Below are positions 59,892 to 64,000 of a stretch of 64,000 nt of DNA, piece after piece; the first letter of the stretch is position 1, and every line of letters begins with the position of its first letter. Location of the stretch: NCBI GenBank assembly GCA_964016885.1, contig OZ024743.1, forward strand, positions 375,596,001 through 375,660,000, written 5' to 3'. The notes beneath the pieces were generated by a model. That model was not told where the DNA came from and searched no databases. It saw only the letters and a program-made list of their open reading frames with translations. Both the position numbers and the translations under genes were made by a program. The DNA is from Eledone cirrhosa. Taxonomy: Eukaryota.

Positions 59892-60278
59892 GCATCATAC
59901 ATAGATACATGTATCATACAAACATACATATATACATACATGCATGCATACATGCATACAAACAACATACATTACGTACATACATACACACATGCATACA
60001 CAAACACTCATACACACACACACACATACATAAACACACACACATACATACACACACACACACACACATACATACATACATACATACATACATACATACA
60101 TACATACCTACATACATACATGCATACATATATAAATATATTTATTTATTTATTTATTTATACATGCACATATACATACATATATATCTATATATTATAC
60201 ACACTTACATCATACATTACGTGCATACACACATATACACATACATACATACATACATACATAGAGACAGACAGACAG

Positions 60279-60310
<32 letters not shown>

Positions 60311-60339
60311 ACATGCATACATACATACATACATACATA

Positions 60340-60635
60340 CACAACTAGTTAGGAAATTACAAGTACAATCCATTAATGGAACAGTAAAAATATGTAAAAC
60401 ATTCCAAAAATGTTGCATCTAATAACTGCATATACACATGTACAGATACAAAGCATATACACATGCACACATACAACTCAAAACATACACATCCACACAT
60501 ACAATACATCCATATCTACACATGCATGCATACATACATATCTACCTAAATTCCAATGAGAGAGTCTTGTGTCTATGTTAGAAACCGACTCTCTCTCTAT
60601 TGGTAAAACTTTGTGAAATTATAAAACCAGAAGAA
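60340..60635 (+). mobile_element. 3' fragment of R4/Dong-like LINE, subfamily B
   Basis: Near-identical to ~38665-38963 (QLVRKLQVQSINGTVKICKTFQKCCI*); (TACA)n on both sides. Confidence 0.92.
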
Positions 60636-60674
60636 CATACATACATACATACATACATACATACATACATACAT

Positions 60675-63600
60675 GGTGGTGGCTGCCAACTCGTTTTCGA
60701 GTACGGCCACTACTTTATATCCATGTAGGAGAACCCCTACCGATGCGCTGAACGAGTGTGGCTTTTTAGTCCAGCCAGTGACTTGAAAACTCTGGTACAA
60801 ACACTACACTTGTGACAATTATTGACACCTAGTGCTGGGCCCATGGTACCATGTGACCCAAGGCGTCGTGTGAGATCATTACTCGACCTGCATACCCTTC
60901 CACAAACATTACATGTCGTCGTCTGATGAACACTTATAGCTCCACAGGTGCCTGCTTCCCTGTTCTTGTGCACTCTCAGGTGACTCTTTAGACCTCTCAT
61001 GCTCAGACAAACCCTATTACAGGTCTCATATGTCACGTCAGGCCGTCTGTCAGTGCCTTCGGGAAGGCCAACACGGATTCCTTTCCGGGCATCTCTTTTT
61101 AGTGTCGCGTGCCTTCTTCTTGTTTCCTCAAATAGACTCTTGCCACTAGCCACTGCTTTCCTCCAATGCGATCGGTCGCTAGCGCATGCTTCCCAGTGCT
61201 CACAAGGGATGTTTTTCACCGAAATTCCGTGTTGAGACGCTTGTTCAGTTTTCCAAAAGCATCACTGGCTTTCTGTATCCTGTTTGATATTTCCCCATCA
61301 AGATCGCAGGATACACTCAGAGTGCTTCCAAGGTATACAAAACTGCCAACGACCCTTAGCCTTTCATCATAAACCAAGATGTTGGGCTCACAACATGGCT
61401 TCCCAGGGGCTGGTCGGTACATGGCTACTGTCTTTTTCAGGCTTATGGTAAGTCCCGATGCAGTACACGCATTAGAAAATGCATCCATGAGATGCTGCAT
61501 ATCAATCTCCGTGTCCGCTACCAGGTCACAGTCATCTGCATAAAGCAAATCCCTGATTAGTGACTTAGAACCTCCTAATATTAAACAGCTTTCCAGTTGA
61601 TCGATAGCGAACATATATACCATGATTGCAGTTCCCGAAGGCCAGTTCGAAGACAATGGAGAAGTACAAAGCAAAGAGCGTTGGAGCTGAGATGTCACCC
61701 TGTTTGACTCCATTCTCGACCGTCACCGGCTCAGATAGCTTTCCACCAACATTTACCTATGCCTTCATGTCATCATAAAACAAACGCAAAATGGAAACAA
61801 ACTTCTCAGGGCACCCCAGCTTCCTCAAGATATCCCATAAAGCCTTTCTGTTGACCGTGTCAAACGCCTTTGTCAGATCAACAAACACCAGGTAGAGATC
61901 CACATTCTGCTCAACACACTTTTCCTGCAGTTGTCTGGCTGTAAAGATCATGTCCACAGTGCCACGCCCAGCCCAAAAGCCCGATTGCGACTCTGGTAGA
62001 GCTTCATCAGCAATGTGGAGCAATAGACAGTCCAACAGAATTCTACAGAGAACTTTGCCGACAACAGACAACAGTGATATCCCACGATAGTTTCCGCAGT
62101 TATCCCTTTCCCTTGTACAAAACAACCATCACAGCATCCTTCCAGTCATCGGGAACATGATTGTTGTTCTAGGCATCCAGAACCAAAGAATGAAGTCGGT
62201 GCAAGAGATTCTCCCCACCGTGCTTCAAGATCTCAGCATACAGCCCATCCAATCCAGGCGACTTCCCACCATTGAGTTTCCTGACAGCACTTTTAACCTC
62301 CTCGATCGTTGGAGGTTCAGTAAGGATTTCCTTTACTGGCTTATCAGGTATGGACCTGATAAACTCTTCGTCAACCTCTGAATCCCTATTGAGAAGCTCG
62401 TCAAAGTGTTCCCGCCATCTCAACAGGATATCATTGGGATCTCTAAGGAGCTGATTGCCATCCTTTGTCTTAAGAGGCGCAACTGGTGATGTAGGTGGTC
62501 CATTCACTTCACGAAGAAGATTATACATTGCCTTAACGTCCTTCACATCCGACGCAAGTTGTATTTCATCGGCTTTGTCATTCCACCACTTATTCTTCAT
62601 TTCACGCAATTTTCGTTGCACATCAGCTTTTACGAGCTTCAGCTTATCAGCGATTGCCTTCTGCCGATCGGTGTTTAAATCACTACCAAGCAATGCGGAG
62701 TGGAGCATATGTTTCTCCTCCAAAAGCTTGTCTATAAGCTTGTCAGTTTGGTCAAACCAATCCTGATGCTTCTTATCCGTGAATCCAACATCAGCACATG
62801 CCCCATAAACTGCCTCCTTAAAGAGAGTCCAGTCATTTCCGCACTCTAAGGCATCCATCTTTTTAACCAGATTTTCTCTGACTTCAGGATCTTTCAGTCG
62901 GGCAACGTTCAGCCGTTTCGGAAGTGATACCCCTCGCCGTTTCTCCCTTTTACGAACTACACATCTTGTTCTTGCTCTCACCAGACGATGGTCGGTCCAA
63001 CACTCTGCCCCACGCATCACACGAACACTGCACAGATCCTGTACATCCCGCCGCCTCACAAGGACATAATCAATCAGATGCCCCTGTTTCGATCCAGGAT
63101 GCATCCATGTGGTCTTGTATTTGTCCTTCTGCTGGAACATAGTGCTGCCAATGAACAAGTCCAGCTCAGTGCACATTTGCAATAACAAGAGTCCATTGCC
63201 ATTGCACTTTCCGACCCCATACTTGCCCAGAGCTCTCCAGGTCTCACAATCACGGCCCACGCGAGCATTAAAATCTCCAAGAATGAAAATGTTGTCTGCT
63301 GCAGGCACTTTCCAGACAAGAGACTTTAATTCGTCATAAAAAGCCTGCTTTGCTTCATCAATGCATTCCATAATTGCTGCATAAGCACCAATCACGGTTG
63401 CATATCTTCCTCCCTCTAGAGTAACTCTCACAGTGATCAGTCTGTCACTAACACCTGTCGGCAGCTCCTGAAGATGGTCTGTTATAACTGTTTTTATGGC
63501 AAAAGCGACACCAGCTTCCCTCCTCCATCCTTCCTTCCCCTCCAGAAAAACGTATATCCACCGGATTTCTCTGTGAAATGGCCCTCACCATGAAGTCGAG

Positions 63601-64000
63601 TTTCTGAGAGGGCCACAACATCCATATCATAACGCCTGAGCTCCTTGGCAACCAATGCCGATCTTCTTTCAGGTCGCTGTACATTTGTTTCAATATCAAG
63701 CAAAGTACGCACATTCCAGCACCCAAAATTGAGTGGTTTGCACACAGTAAACTGATGACGACCGGGCCTAGACTGCGGCGCCCAGGGACACCTGCCGGGC
63801 CAGACCCTTTCACATGATGCTGATTCAGAGCTCTTGTTGCCATTTACTTCAAATGTGTTAGGTACTTTCATGGTAATGTAGTTTGCCTTTTTAGGCTACG
63901 GCCAGCCAGAGTTCCACATCAAGACGACAAGTGCAGAGAGATCTCCAGATATAAAGCAATGCCTGTGCCGTGAAGCTTTTATAGTGAGCAAAGGCACTGC
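60675..64000 (-). mobile_element. RTE-clade LINE (APE + RT + C2H2-like fingers), frameshifted with internal deletions
   Basis: Motifs GCWNVRTL, VALSETRL, LGDFNARVG, IDYVLV, WTDHRL, SPGLDG, YRGISLL, VDLTKAFDTV, LYADD and YLGS, spread over ORFs 63494-63871, 62169-63431, 61757-62125, 61216-61713 and 60737-61219. Confidence 0.93.

Overview
Eukaryotic, AT-rich, gene-poor and repeat-saturated window. The dense (AT)n/(GT)n/(AG)n/(TACA)n microsatellites plus the SINE/LINE mix suggest a cephalopod (Octopus-like) genome; this is an inference. A ~20.2-kb array of a 23-bp satellite (~3984-24194) with visible higher-order duplications produces almost all ORFs in the first third of the window, and those ORFs are artefacts. 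The rest is a nest of retroelements: two different Penelope-like elements (PLEs), a stack of R4/Dong-like restriction-like-endonuclease LINEs always embedded in (TACA)n, a Tx1/L1-clade LINE at a (TC)n tract, an RTE LINE, many tRNA-derived SINEs, a hAT-type MITE and a Helitron-like element. No intact host gene is evident. The most notable signal, absent from the ORF track, is a set of about nine complete minimal type-I hammerhead ribozyme motifs plus several half-motifs from several families. Four lie within 28.0-28.95 kb. Most sit in fold-back (inverted) PLE terminal repeats next to (AT)n tracts. Motifs were read by eye and activity is untested.
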